Counted from the first letter of the stretch, positions 18,554-28,283 are shown. The stretch: 64,000 bases of DNA from Patescibacteria group bacterium (GCA_018897295.1 JAHILA010000014.1:3390-67389), one strand, 5' to 3'. Notes: generated from the letters alone by a model not told the origin. Numbers and translations: made by a program.

Positions 18554-18593
18554 GTGAAAAAAAATAAAATTTAAAATTAAAAAATTTATATTT

Positions 18594-19961
18594 ATGAAAA
18601 AGTTATTTTTAGCAATATTAATAATCCTTTTGGTTTCTTTTTGGTTTATCCCTTCAAATGTTTCAGCCGCAATTATTATTGATGGCGACTTAATTAAAAC
18701 ATCCGACAATCCGGATGTTTATATTGTTAAACTTGTGGATTCCTTAAAATACAAACGTCTGATTCTAAATCCCGAAATTTTCAACCAATACAGCCATCTG
18801 AAATGGGAGAATATCAAAACAGTCAGCCAAACAGAATTAGATGAATATACAATTTCTGATTTGGTTAGGGCAGTTGGCGATGAAAAGGTTTACAAATTAT
18901 ACTCCAATGGCGATACAGGAGAAAGAAGATGGATAAAAACAGCGGAAGATTTTAATGGCTTTGGTTATAAATCAAATGCTATTTATGAAATTAATTCTTA
19001 TGAATGGAACTTTTATGCTACTGGGTTGGATTTAGCATATCAGTCCCCGGAAGCCCCAAAAACGCCAATAATCCCGATACCCCCAACAAGAACAGAAAAT
19101 ATCACTATAAAAGTTCCTGCTGATTATGCCACTATCCAGTCCGCTTTAGACGCTTCAATTAACGGAGACACGATTTCTGTTTCCAAAGGAACTTATAAGG
19201 AAAATATAGTAATTAGCAAAAATGTAAAACTGATTGGCGAGTCAGCCAATTATGTGACTATTGACGGGCAAGGCAATGATTCGGCCATAGTTATTAATGG
19301 CGCAAGTGATTTTTCAATTCAAAGATTTATCATCAAAAGCCAAGACCAAAAGGCAGTTTATTGCGTTGGTAATAGTAAAACCAAAGGAGTGATTAAAAAT
19401 ATTATTTTTAAAGATTCAAAATGGGGAGTATACACTGAAAACGATTGCGAATTAGTGATTCTTAATAATATTATTTACAATAATCGCGCATTGGATAACA
19501 AAGACGGCGGAGGAATTTTTATTAAAGATAATCTTTCCTATGGCATTACCATTGAAATTCGCAACAATACTATTGATGATAATCACCATGGCATCTGGAT
19601 GGACAATTCTAAGGTTAAAACCATAAATAATATCGTCAGTTCAAACATGGGCAGCGGGATAAGTACGGGCATATATTTAAAAAGCGGCGAGATAAACAAT
19701 AGTTACAGCGATATTTGGGGCAATGGCGCTAATTCTTTTGGTGGAGTGGGATTTGGCGATGGGGGTATTTCTTTGGATCCGCGTTTTGTCAGTACCAGGG
19801 AAAGAAACTATCGCTTGATCTGGGGTTCTGGGGATGTTTCGCCTTGTATTGATGTTGGAAGCCCAAATACCAGTTATAATGACGGAAAGCTTTTTACTGG
19901 CACTAATTACAGAAGCGATATGGGCGCTTATGGCGGATCGGATAATGGCGGCTGGGAATAA
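18594..19961 (+). CDS. Secreted protein with the shared N-terminal module plus a right-handed parallel beta-helix (PbH1) repeat domain
   Basis: It has a signal peptide and a module homologous to the 14750 N-terminus. Repeats of the form NNxI.NN / IRNNTIDDNHHGIWMD are typical of pectate-lyase-fold beta-helices. Confidence 0.65.
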   Translation: MKKLFLAILIILLVSFWFIPSNVSAAIIIDGDLIKTSDNPDVYIVKLVDSLKYKRLILNPEIFNQYSHLKWENIKTVSQTELDEYTISDLVRAVGDEKVYKLYSNGDTGERRWIKTAEDFNGFGYKSNAIYEINSYEWNFYATGLDLAYQSPEAPKTPIIPIPPTRTENITIKVPADYATIQSALDASINGDTISVSKGTYKENIVISKNVKLIGESANYVTIDGQGNDSAIVINGASDFSIQRFIIKSQDQKAVYCVGNSKTKGVIKNIIFKDSKWGVYTENDCELVILNNIIYNNRALDNKDGGGIFIKDNLSYGITIEIRNNTIDDNHHGIWMDNSKVKTINNIVSSNMGSGISTGIYLKSGEINNSYSDIWGNGANSFGGVGFGDGGISLDPRFVSTRERNYRLIWGSGDVSPCIDVGSPNTSYNDGKLFTGTNYRSDMGAYGGSDNGGWE

Positions 19962-19968
19962 CAAGAAA

Positions 19969-21027
19969 ATGGATATTAAGAAAAAAATACTTTTTTTGGT
20001 GACTCAATCCGAGTTTGGCGGAGCCCAGCGCTTTATTTATAATTTGGTAACCAATTTAAATCAGGATAAATATAGTATTGCAGTCGCAGCAGGATTAGAA
20101 GGTGATAATGAAAACGGACTTTTATTTGCTTTAGAGAAAAAAGGGATTGATACAGGACATTTAAGATATCTTAGACGGTCAATTAATCCTTTTTTTGATT
20201 TCTTGGGCGTTATTGAGATTTTAAAATTGATAAAAAAAGAAAAGCCGGATATCTTATTTTTATGCAGTTCCAAAGCAGGATTTTTAGGGAGTTGGGCAGG
20301 AAAAAACAAAATAAAAAAAGTAATTTACAGAATCGGTGGATGGACTTTTAATGACCCTTGGCCAAAATGGAAAAAGAAATTGTATATTTGGATAGAGAAA
20401 ATAAGCGCTGGATGGAAAGATTACATTATCAATAATGCTGAATCAGACAAACAGCAGGCAATAAAAATAGGTATTAAGCCACAAAGGGGAATCTTAACCA
20501 TTTACAATGGAATTGATGCAGATAAACTGAAATTTTTGAATAAAGGAGAAGCAGGAAATTTCCTGCGATTAAATAATTCGGATTTCGTTGTTGGAACTAT
20601 TGCCAATGATTACCCGACTAAGGGATTAAAATACCTAAGAGAAGTCGAAGGAAAATTACAGGATATTAAGCTTGTAATATTGAGCAATATTCCTGACGCG
20701 TATAAATATTTAAAGGCATTTGACATCTTTGTTCTGTCGTCTGTAAAAGAAGGGTTTCCTTGGGTAATTTTAGAAGCAATGTCTGCCGGAGTGCCAATTA
20801 TTGCTACAAAAGTTGGAGCAATACCGGAAATTATCCAAAACAATGAAAATGGCATCTTGATAGAGCCAAAAAGCCCGAAAGCAATTATTGATGCAGTAAA
20901 GTTGTTAATGGATAATAAAGATTTAATGAGGAAATTAGCAATTAATGGCAGAAAAACAGTTATAGAAAAATTTAATCTGGAAAAAATGATTAATAGATAT
21001 GTAGAATTATTCGAATCTACGAATTGA
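19969..21027 (+). CDS. Glycosyltransferase family 4 (GT-B, retaining)
   Basis: The C-terminal EGFPWVILEAMSAGVPIIATKVGAIPEI motif fits the EX7E signature region. Start is set at ATG 19969, just after the upstream stop. The track ORF 19834 is an in-frame upstream extension that overlaps the previous gene. Confidence 0.8.
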   Translation: MDIKKKILFLVTQSEFGGAQRFIYNLVTNLNQDKYSIAVAAGLEGDNENGLLFALEKKGIDTGHLRYLRRSINPFFDFLGVIEILKLIKKEKPDILFLCSSKAGFLGSWAGKNKIKKVIYRIGGWTFNDPWPKWKKKLYIWIEKISAGWKDYIINNAESDKQQAIKIGIKPQRGILTIYNGIDADKLKFLNKGEAGNFLRLNNSDFVVGTIANDYPTKGLKYLREVEGKLQDIKLVILSNIPDAYKYLKAFDIFVLSSVKEGFPWVILEAMSAGVPIIATKVGAIPEIIQNNENGILIEPKSPKAIIDAVKLLMDNKDLMRKLAINGRKTVIEKFNLEKMINRYVELFESTN

Positions 21028-21094
21028 TATGCGAATCTACAAATAATTCGTTGATTCGGATAAATATTCGTATCATTCGGATAATATATTTATG
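21011..21094 (+). repeat. Copy A of a recurrent intergenic cis-element of about 85 bp; forward orientation
   Basis: CGAATCTAC direct repeats with about 20-bp spacing and ATTCGGATA direct repeats with 21-bp spacing. Near-identical copies occur at 21945-22036 (inverted), 26586-26673, 27074-27120 and 28838-28884. Confidence 0.85.
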
Positions 21095-21895
21095 AGGACT
21101 TGTTTTCTCTCAATTGATGTTGAATCCTCCTACGCCCGGACTAAAGTCGGGGCTTCGAAGGACAAGAATCCGTTTGAGTCAGTAGATAAACTTGACTGTA
21201 TTCTTGATATTTTCAGAAAACATAATGTTCCGGCTACCTTGTTTGTGACTGGCGAAGTTTTGGAATATTGCCCTGATTTAGTTAAAAAATGGTCCAAGGA
21301 TTTTGAAATCGGATGCCATAATTATTGGCACGTCCAGCTGGATAAAATTGATTTAGTAGAAAGGGAGAGGCAGGTTAAAAATTTCGTTAATTTATACAAA
21401 GGTATTTTCGGGTTTTCGCCAAAAGGATTCAGGGCGCCGAGAAATGTGATTGATAACCAGCAATTCCCGATTTTAGAAAGATATGATTTTATTTATGATG
21501 CCAGTGTTTTTCCGCGTTACCCCTGGCGTATCGGAGCATATGTCGGATACAGAGGCAGAGCGCCAATTGCGCCGTATTGGCCGAGCAGAAAGAATTACAG
21601 GGAAAAGGGGGACATAAAGATTCTCGAAATTCCCGAAAGTCCGGCTTTGTTCGATGTTCCGTTTGTCGGAACATGGTTAAGGAAACTGGGCGTGAAGTTT
21701 TTTAAATTTATTTTTAAAATAAAAAAGCCGGAATTTATTAGTTTTAGTATGCACTCTTGGGATGGAATTGAGTTTGAAAACGGCAAGAACAGCGGTAAAA
21801 AATATTTAAAACAACTTGATGAAATGCTGGGATTTTTAAAGAAAATAGGGTATAATTTTAAGAGCGGAGAGCAAATTTCATCTGAAATTGCTTGA
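21092..21895 (+). CDS. Polysaccharide deacetylase (carbohydrate esterase family 4, NodB-like)
   Basis: CE4 motifs are present: SIDVE (motif 1 variant), CHNYWH (HxxxH) and FRAPRN (RxPY-like). Confidence 0.65.
   Translation: MRTCFLSIDVESSYARTKVGASKDKNPFESVDKLDCILDIFRKHNVPATLFVTGEVLEYCPDLVKKWSKDFEIGCHNYWHVQLDKIDLVERERQVKNFVNLYKGIFGFSPKGFRAPRNVIDNQQFPILERYDFIYDASVFPRYPWRIGAYVGYRGRAPIAPYWPSRKNYREKGDIKILEIPESPALFDVPFVGTWLRKLGVKFFKFIFKIKKPEFISFSMHSWDGIEFENGKNSGKKYLKQLDEMLGFLKKIGYNFKSGEQISSEIA
21127..21166 (+). repeat. Degenerate in-frame copy of the GC-rich element family inside the CE4 gene
   Basis: cctacgcc...ggggcttcg..gg.caag shares its 5' and 3' signatures with the 62401 copy. Confidence 0.4.
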
Positions 21896-21944
21896 CAGGT
21901 TTTTTTATGCTATAATTAAAAGGTAATAAATAATAATATATTAT

Positions 21945-22036
21945 CCGAATGATACGAATATGTATCCGAATCAACGAATTATTTGTAGATTCGCATATCA
22001 ATTTGTAGATTCGAATAATAAATTCATAAATTTATG
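21945..22036 (-). repeat. Copy B of the recurrent cis-element, reverse complement of copy A. Copies A and B form an inverted repeat of about 80 bp flanking the CE4 gene.
   Basis: The reverse complement matches copy A with about 2 mismatches over about 78 bp. It ends at the ATG of the 22034 gene. Confidence 0.85.
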
Positions 22037-23032
22037 AAAAACAATAAACAATTTCTTAGCGTATTAATAAGCGTTTTAATCTGCGTGTTTGTGTTTGGGG
22101 TAATTGTTTATGCCACAACAACAATCGGAGACAATATTTCCGCAGGCGGGACTTTAAGCGGAACCAATTTTTCAACAAATGATACTTATTACAACACGTT
22201 TGTAGGTACGGGGATAGAAACAACAACCACAGCCAGCTACAATGTATTTGTCGGTTATCGAGCAGGATATTCAAATGATGATGGAGCAGCAGATAGTAAT
22301 ACGGCCGTTGGTTATAATGCCCTTAACCTTAACACCACTGGTGATTCTAATTCGGCAATAGGTTTTTCTGCTCTTGGGAAAAATACTACCGGTATTGCGA
22401 ATTCAGCAATAGGAGTGGGTGCTCTTGGAGGTAATACTATAGGAGGTTATAATACTGCTGTTGGATATATGGCGGGTTATGCTGGAGTTGGAGAATACAA
22501 TAATAATACTCTTGTAGGTTTTAGGGTGGGTTATGGTAGTAGTGGTGTGTTTTCAAATAATACCGTAATGGGTTATGATGCAGGATATAATCTTACAGGA
22601 AATAATAATATTCTTTTTGGATATCAGGCAGGAGACGATTTAACGGCAGGAAGGAATAATATCGTTATTGGATATGATATTGATACTCTTTCTGCCACAG
22701 CAGATAATTATATGAATATTGGAGGATTATTATTTGGAGATTTATCTACTGCCAGCGCCAAGTATCTGGGCATTCTTGATTCTTCGCCCGCTTACACTCT
22801 TTCTGTTGACGGCACTGCATCTGTTTCGGGAACTACATATTTAGGCGATACTTATTTTAGCGGTGTGGTTTCTGCGTCTGATGCGAATGGTATGTTAGTG
22901 GGGGAAGGAATAAGTATCAAGACTGGAATTGCCTCGCCGAGCGGGGCCTGTGGTACAGCTGGAAGTCTTTATCTGGATACAACAGGGGGTATAAGTAGCT
23001 GTGGCACAGATAATAAGTGGGATCCTAAGTAA
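22034..23032 (+). CDS. Secreted repeat protein with Hep_Hag / tail-fibre-like Gly-Asn-Ala repeats; paralogue of the 60837 gene
   Basis: It has a signal peptide and repeats of the form NTAVGYNAL..NTTGDSNSAIGFSALG. The N-terminal about 65 aa and C-terminal about 60 aa are almost identical to the 60837 protein. Confidence 0.7.
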   Translation: MKNNKQFLSVLISVLICVFVFGVIVYATTTIGDNISAGGTLSGTNFSTNDTYYNTFVGTGIETTTTASYNVFVGYRAGYSNDDGAADSNTAVGYNALNLNTTGDSNSAIGFSALGKNTTGIANSAIGVGALGGNTIGGYNTAVGYMAGYAGVGEYNNNTLVGFRVGYGSSGVFSNNTVMGYDAGYNLTGNNNILFGYQAGDDLTAGRNNIVIGYDIDTLSATADNYMNIGGLLFGDLSTASAKYLGILDSSPAYTLSVDGTASVSGTTYLGDTYFSGVVSASDANGMLVGEGISIKTGIASPSGACGTAGSLYLDTTGGISSCGTDNKWDPK

Positions 23033-23075
23033 TTAGGAACTATAAGTTATTAATTTAATTTAATTTGTTTAATTT

Positions 23076-24368
23076 ATGCGCAAAAAAACTTTAACAATAG
23101 TATTTCTCTTGATTTTTACAGTAAGTATAATCAGCTGGCCATTATTGGCTTTAGCTGCTGATGAAGTTAGTTTTAGCGCTGACACTACAATTTTATTAGG
23201 TAATGGTGTATATTTAACCATATTAAATACAGGGGTCTGCGATGCAATCGTCGTTGGCACAAGTACTTTAACCGTTTCTCTTTCTACTAACTCTTCTTTA
23301 GAAATAAGATCATATAGTAAGTACGTATTGAACAATTCCTTGTTTACAACTGATTGCGAGCATAGCCAGAGTTATTCTCGATTAGTACTTACTGGACAAG
23401 CCGTAGCTACGGATTTGGTGATTACTCCCAATACTTCCGCAACCTGTCCTTCTTGGGGAAGTAGTGGCGGTGGAGGTGGCGGGGCTACTACGACTTCTGC
23501 TCAGCCAACTACAACTACTGGTCAAGTAACTGCCACCGCTTCTGGCGGAGGAAAGACAACTTTTATTACCACTGAAACTGCTACGGCCACAGTTGATTTA
23601 CCGGCAAGCGCGGTTACTTCATCTACAAATATAGCAATATCAATAGAAACCAAGGCAACGGTTACGTCTAGTAAACCAGTGCCATCAGGACAAAATGTGG
23701 TGGGCGGATATATCTATAATTTTACTGCTACTGCTGGGAGTACTGCAATAACTACATTTTCCAAAGACATTACACTGACCTTTACTTATACCGATAGCCA
23801 GGTAACAGGGTTAAATGAAGATACATTAAAGGTTTATTATTGGGACGGAAGTAAATGGGCAGCTTTAACTGGAACACTGAATAAAACGAATAACACGATT
23901 ACTGTTTTAACAAATCATTTTACCTATTTCGCAATATTGGGAGATTCGGGTACAACATCAACAACAATGGCTAAACCAGAAGATTATGGATTAAAAGAAG
24001 GAGATTTAATCAGGGCTCAAGGGGATTTTGACATCTTTATTATCAGCCAGTATGGCTATAAAAGATTATTCCTTAATCCGACTATCTTTAATATGTACGG
24101 CCATCTTAATGGAGGATGGAATGCAGTAAAAACCGTATCTACGGCAACCAGAGATGCGTTTATTACTTCTACTCATTATCGCTTTGTAGATGAAGATAAA
24201 GTATATCATCTGGAAGTAACGGGCGAGGATACTGGTACTTTGCATTGGCTGAATATGACTGGAGAGAATTTTTTGGCTCAAGGAGGAAAATCTGAGGATA
24301 TCTTCACTATTAATAAATCAGAATTGGACTGGTATTCTAAAGGCGCTGATATAACTTCCTTAAAATAA
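23076..24368 (+). CDS. Secreted surface protein with a Thr/Gly-rich linker and the shared module at its C-terminus
   Basis: It has a signal peptide, a low-complexity GGGGGATTTSAQPTTTTGQ linker and a C-terminal 125 aa region about 75 % identical to the 59011 protein C-terminus. Confidence 0.7.
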   Translation: MRKKTLTIVFLLIFTVSIISWPLLALAADEVSFSADTTILLGNGVYLTILNTGVCDAIVVGTSTLTVSLSTNSSLEIRSYSKYVLNNSLFTTDCEHSQSYSRLVLTGQAVATDLVITPNTSATCPSWGSSGGGGGGATTTSAQPTTTTGQVTATASGGGKTTFITTETATATVDLPASAVTSSTNIAISIETKATVTSSKPVPSGQNVVGGYIYNFTATAGSTAITTFSKDITLTFTYTDSQVTGLNEDTLKVYYWDGSKWAALTGTLNKTNNTITVLTNHFTYFAILGDSGTTSTTMAKPEDYGLKEGDLIRAQGDFDIFIISQYGYKRLFLNPTIFNMYGHLNGGWNAVKTVSTATRDAFITSTHYRFVDEDKVYHLEVTGEDTGTLHWLNMTGENFLAQGGKSEDIFTINKSELDWYSKGADITSLK

Positions 24369-24428
24369 CATTGATTTGGACCTTCGCTTCTTCCTTGTAG
24401 GAGTTGAGAAGGAATAAAGAGAAAAATA

Positions 24429-24456
24429 TCCCGACATGGGTCGGGACATTTTTCAT
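24429..24456 (+). terminator. Rho-independent terminator
   Basis: TCCCGAC, loop atgg, GTCGGGA, then CATTTTTC. Confidence 0.8.
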
Positions 24457-24507
24457 TGTTTTGGGGTTGTTTTTTTGCTGTGAAAATGCTATTCTTAATA
24501 CAAATAT

Positions 24508-25527
24508 ATGGGTAATTTCCAAGAGCTAAATAAGCCCGAATTTAAGGCATTATTGGATAAAACGCTTTTTAAGACGTTTTTTCATTCTATAGAATGGCAT
24601 GAATTTTTGGAAAAAGAATTTAAGTGGCTAAAATTTGAATATTATTTGTATAAGTATGATGAGGCAATATTGGTTTTTGGGCGGATAAAAACCTGCCTGT
24701 CAACAGGCATGGAAAAGTTAATTTCTTTGCCTTTTTGTGAATATGGCGGACCACTACCACTAAAGGGAAGTATTATGTGGGAAGAATTTACAAGAGATAT
24801 TTTTAAAGAATTTGGTGATAATATTAAAATTAAAATTCATCCGCGGATTTCAGAAATTTTAGGTAATCCGCGCTCTTCAAGTAATTTATCAAGCTATTGG
24901 TTATATCTGGAAAATAAATCAGAACAGGAAATCTGGGAATCTTTACGTAAAACTTTGAGGCAGGAAATCAGAAATGCCAAGGAGCAAGGTTTGGAAATCA
25001 GGGCTTATAAAAACCCAAAAGAACTGAAGAAATTCTACGATTTATATGCGGCTAATTTGAGACAAAAGAAGACCATTCCTTATCCATGGCCCCTGATTCA
25101 ATTTCTATGTCAAAACCCGTCTAGCGAGCTGTTATTGGCCTCTTATAGGGGTAAAATCGTGGGGGGTGCCTTGTTTCTGAAATATAGCTCGCCTCGCGGC
25201 GAAGCGGGTGGATTTATCCATTATTTCTTGAGCGCCTCGGATTACAAATACCATAATTTCGGCATAGCGCACCTTATTTTATGGGAAAAGATAAAGGGTC
25301 TAATTGGCAAAAATATTACTCTTGATTTAGGCGCTTCGCCACAAGGTTCGGATTTGGAAATTTTCAAGCGCGGGTGGGGAGGAACAGAGTGGCCAATTTA
25401 TCAGATTGGAATAAAAAGAACGGAAGAATCTTTCCGTTCATCAAAAATAATCAGATTTATTTGGGGATTATTGCCGAATTTTATAATTAAAAAACTTAGC
25501 CCATACTTGATAAAATACCGTCTGTAA
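24508..25527 (+). CDS. FemAB-family / GNAT (Acetyltransf_6-like) aminoacyl- or acyl-transferase
   Basis: About 340 aa with a FemAB-like tandem-GNAT architecture (IRAYKNPKELKKFYDLYAANLRQKKTIPYPWPLIQFL). This call rests on pattern recognition only. Confidence 0.4.
   Translation: MGNFQELNKPEFKALLDKTLFKTFFHSIEWHEFLEKEFKWLKFEYYLYKYDEAILVFGRIKTCLSTGMEKLISLPFCEYGGPLPLKGSIMWEEFTRDIFKEFGDNIKIKIHPRISEILGNPRSSSNLSSYWLYLENKSEQEIWESLRKTLRQEIRNAKEQGLEIRAYKNPKELKKFYDLYAANLRQKKTIPYPWPLIQFLCQNPSSELLLASYRGKIVGGALFLKYSSPRGEAGGFIHYFLSASDYKYHNFGIAHLILWEKIKGLIGKNITLDLGASPQGSDLEIFKRGWGGTEWPIYQIGIKRTEESFRSSKIIRFIWGLLPNFIIKKLSPYLIKYRL
25187..25210 (+). repeat. Degenerate GC-rich element copy inside the FemAB-like gene
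   Basis: gcctcgcggcgaagcgggtg compares with gcctcgccggcaggcgggtg in the 31489 copy. Confidence 0.4.
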
Positions 25528-26578
25528 TTTTATTAATATCTTTTTCAGTAAACCAGTTTTGAAGAGGGAAATTAATAATGCGTTTTGCAGTTTCGGCAGT
25601 ATTAGGGAATTCGTTAAATAATGGTTTTTGCCAGATACGCGAACAGAAAATCCCTTTCTTTCTTAATTTATTGAATAATTCGTCGCGGTTTGTATTTTTA
25701 GGCACAAGCGCAGATAAATAGGTAAAAGTATTATTTTCAGATTCCTGCTTGTCTGCCGATGAGGCAGGCACCTCAAAACCTATTTCTGTTAATTTCTTTT
25801 GAAAGTATTTTGCCAAGTTGATTCGTTTATTGAGATTGGTTTCAAGATTATCCAGATAGTAATTTACAATTTTTAAACATCCTTTTGATGCCTTTCTTGT
25901 CTCGTCGTAGCCCCGTAGATGCAGGGGCGAAGGCGGATTAATTCTCCTAAACAATTCCGACAATCCAGCCAGCATTGGAAACAACCTCAAAAATTTTACA
26001 ATATTAAATAATCTTGATTTATATTTTGGCAATTCTAATTCGATTTGATTTTTACAAATCAGCATTCCTCCGTTTATAACAGGAAACAATTTAGCAAAGC
26101 TGAAAAATAAAGCATCCCCGAATTTTTCAGGGGACATCGGTGGCGCAATATGCGCGCAATCCTCAATGATTTTTAAATTATATTTTTTGGCGATTCCCAG
26201 GATTCTATCCATTTCAATTGGCAGTCCGTAAGTGTGGCAGATTAAAATAGATTTAGTCAGTGGAGTAATCTTTGACTCAATATCAATAGAATCAGCATGA
26301 AAAGTTTTGAGATTCGTATCCAGATAAACCGGCTTAATATTATATTTTTCTAAAATCGGTTTTAAAATATCACAGATATAGGCAGGCATAATCATTTCAG
26401 AGTTTTCTAGATTCAGCTGTTGTATTGCTAGCCGGAAAGCAGACCTGCCAGAGTTAGTGAAAATAATTTGGTAATCAGGAAAAATCTTAGCTAATTTATT
26501 TTTTAAATCAGCTTCAGAAAATTTTCTGAAGAATACTCGTAAGGGGAATTTTTTAAATTGTGGATGCGCAAAATACAT
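25496..26578 (-). CDS. DegT/DnrJ/EryC1/StrS-family PLP-dependent sugar aminotransferase
   Basis: About 360 aa with a fold-type I layout. A putative PLP lysine sits in FSFAKLFP. It shows the typical DegT N-terminal substrate region and lies in a glycan locus. Confidence 0.6.
   Translation of the reverse strand: MYFAHPQFKKFPLRVFFRKFSEADLKNKLAKIFPDYQIIFTNSGRSAFRLAIQQLNLENSEMIMPAYICDILKPILEKYNIKPVYLDTNLKTFHADSIDIESKITPLTKSILICHTYGLPIEMDRILGIAKKYNLKIIEDCAHIAPPMSPEKFGDALFFSFAKLFPVINGGMLICKNQIELELPKYKSRLFNIVKFLRLFPMLAGLSELFRRINPPSPLHLRGYDETRKASKGCLKIVNYYLDNLETNLNKRINLAKYFQKKLTEIGFEVPASSADKQESENNTFTYLSALVPKNTNRDELFNKLRKKGIFCSRIWQKPLFNEFPNTAETAKRIINFPLQNWFTEKDINKITDGILSSMG
25901..25937 (-). repeat. 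Degenerate GC-rich element copy inside the DegT gene
   Basis: The reverse complement, ccgccttcgcccctgcatctacgggg, shares the 11-mer ccgccttcgcc and cctgc with the 31489 copy. Confidence 0.4.
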
Positions 26579-26585
26579 AATTTTA

Positions 26586-26673
26586 TTATCCGAATCTACA
26601 AATTAATATGCGAATCTACAAATAATTCGTTGATTCGGATACATATTCGTATCATTCGAATAATATATTTATG
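26586..26673 (+). repeat. Copy C of the recurrent cis-element (forward), in a divergent promoter region
   Basis: It is near-identical to copy A and lies between the divergent DegT (-) and GxxExxY (+) genes. Confidence 0.85.
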
Positions 26674-27069
26674 GAAAAAGTTTATAAAGATGTTTTATAT
26701 CCCGAATTATCATATAAAGTTTGTGGTTTATGTTTCAGAATTCATAATGAATTGGGGCGATTTTATAATGAATTGCAATATGCTGATGCGCTCGAGAACT
26801 TATTTAAAATAGAAAAAGTTGAATATAAAAGAGAGATACCATTGCCGCCGTCATTCAATGGTGAAAACGAAAGAAGAAACATTCCAGATTTTATAATACA
26901 AGAAACGATTATTTTAGACTTAAAGGCTAAACGCATTATTACTAAAGACGATTATTATCAAATGAAGAGATATTTGAACGCTTACAATAAAGAACTTGGA
27001 TTAATTGTAAATTTCAGAGAATATTATTTAAGTCCCAAAAGAGTTTTAAGTAAAAATAATTTAAATTAA
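26671..27069 (+). CDS. GxxExxY-family protein
   Basis: 132 aa. The N-terminal LSYKVCGLCFRIHNELGRFYNELQYADAL matches the family signature. This family is often found in exopolysaccharide loci. Confidence 0.6.
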   Translation: MEKVYKDVLYPELSYKVCGLCFRIHNELGRFYNELQYADALENLFKIEKVEYKREIPLPPSFNGENERRNIPDFIIQETIILDLKAKRIITKDDYYQMKRYLNAYNKELGLIVNFREYYLSPKRVLSKNNLN

Positions 27070-27073
27070 TAAG

Positions 27074-27120
27074 CATTCGTTGATTCGGATACATATTCGT
27101 ATCATTCGGATAATACCATG
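27074..27120 (+). repeat. Copy D (right half only) of the recurrent cis-element
   Basis: cattcgttgattcggatacatattcgtatcattcggataata lies immediately upstream of the 27118 ATG. Confidence 0.8.
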
Positions 27121-28278
27121 CGTATTTTGATGCCAATTTTACATTATCCTCCAATAATCGGCGGCTTTGAGATTTTCTCTCAGAATATTGCCGAGAGAAT
27201 CGGCAAAACCGATAATGTTTTTGTTATTACCAGCAGGGTTGCGAATGCGCCCAGCAAAGAAATAAACAACAATTTAAGAATACTCAGAACCTCGCCCTGG
27301 TCGCTGAAAAACCTGTCTTATAGCAAGCCATGGTTTATTGTTGGGGCAATGATATGGATTTTTTTTAAGTCAATTAAATTGATTAAAAAAGAGAAAATAG
27401 AGCTAATCCATGCTCAAGGGTTTTTGAGCGGAATTATCAGTTTGATATTAAAAAAACTGACAAAAGTCCCATATTTACTTACTATTCAATCGGCTGATTT
27501 TAGTGTATACCATCCACGCTTGAATATCAATATCATTAAGGCGATTTATAAAAAGATGGAAAAGGCGGTTTTTAAAAATGCTGATTATTGCCACGCAGTA
27601 AGCAATTATTTGGCAGACCATATAAGGCAATACTATGTGCAGAAAGTTGAGATGATCCCGAATGGAGTTAATTGGGAAAGATTTAGGCCGGATGTTGATA
27701 AATTAAAAACCAGAAAAGAACTTGGGTTTGATGCGGAAAATTTAATTGTTTGCGTTTCGCGGCTGGAGCATAAGAATGGAACGCACGATTTAATTGAATC
27801 GGTAAAATATCTTCAGGATTTTGATTTTAAACTAATGATTTGCGGCAGTGGTTCAGAAAAAGAAAAATTAGAGAAAATGATAAAGGATTTTAACTTGGAA
27901 GACCGAGTTTTCCTTTTGGGGGATATTCTCCATAGTGAATTACCCAAATATGTTGCTTGCGCGGATATTTTTGTCAGGCCGTCTTTAGCAGAGGGATTCG
28001 GGATAGTTTTTTTGGAGGCAATGGCATGCAGTGTTGCGGTTATCGGAACTCCTGTGGGCGGGATACCCGATTTTTTAAAAGATAGAGAAACGGGTCTTTT
28101 CTGTGAGCCGGGAAATCCGAAGGATATTGCCGAAAAGATAAAAAAACTTTTAGCAGACAAAGAATTATATCAAAAACTGACAGTAAATGGTTTGAAAATG
28201 GTTAGGGAAATATATAACTGGGATCAGGTAGTGAGGAAATTAAAAGAGTTATATACTAAAACAATAAATAATAATTAA
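27118..28278 (+). CDS. Glycosyltransferase family 4
   Basis: An AEGFGIVFLEAMACSVAVIGTPVGGIPDFL motif is present. Confidence 0.8.
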   Translation: MRILMPILHYPPIIGGFEIFSQNIAERIGKTDNVFVITSRVANAPSKEINNNLRILRTSPWSLKNLSYSKPWFIVGAMIWIFFKSIKLIKKEKIELIHAQGFLSGIISLILKKLTKVPYLLTIQSADFSVYHPRLNINIIKAIYKKMEKAVFKNADYCHAVSNYLADHIRQYYVQKVEMIPNGVNWERFRPDVDKLKTRKELGFDAENLIVCVSRLEHKNGTHDLIESVKYLQDFDFKLMICGSGSEKEKLEKMIKDFNLEDRVFLLGDILHSELPKYVACADIFVRPSLAEGFGIVFLEAMACSVAVIGTPVGGIPDFLKDRETGLFCEPGNPKDIAEKIKKLLADKELYQKLTVNGLKMVREIYNWDQVVRKLKELYTKTINNN

Positions 28279-28283
28279 GAAGT

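Noticed and set aside
19834-19968. N-terminal extension of the GT4 ORF (track start 19834) overlapping 128 nt of the upstream surface-protein gene
   Set aside because: The first 45 residues have no GT-B character. An in-frame ATG at 19969 lies immediately after the upstream stop and precedes the typical GT4 N-terminus (MDIKKKILFLVTQSEFGGAQRF).
26558-26812. 84-aa ORF spanning the repeat element and the start of the GxxExxY gene
   Set aside because: It is translated largely from the intergenic repeat element and overlaps the better-supported 26671 ORF out of frame.
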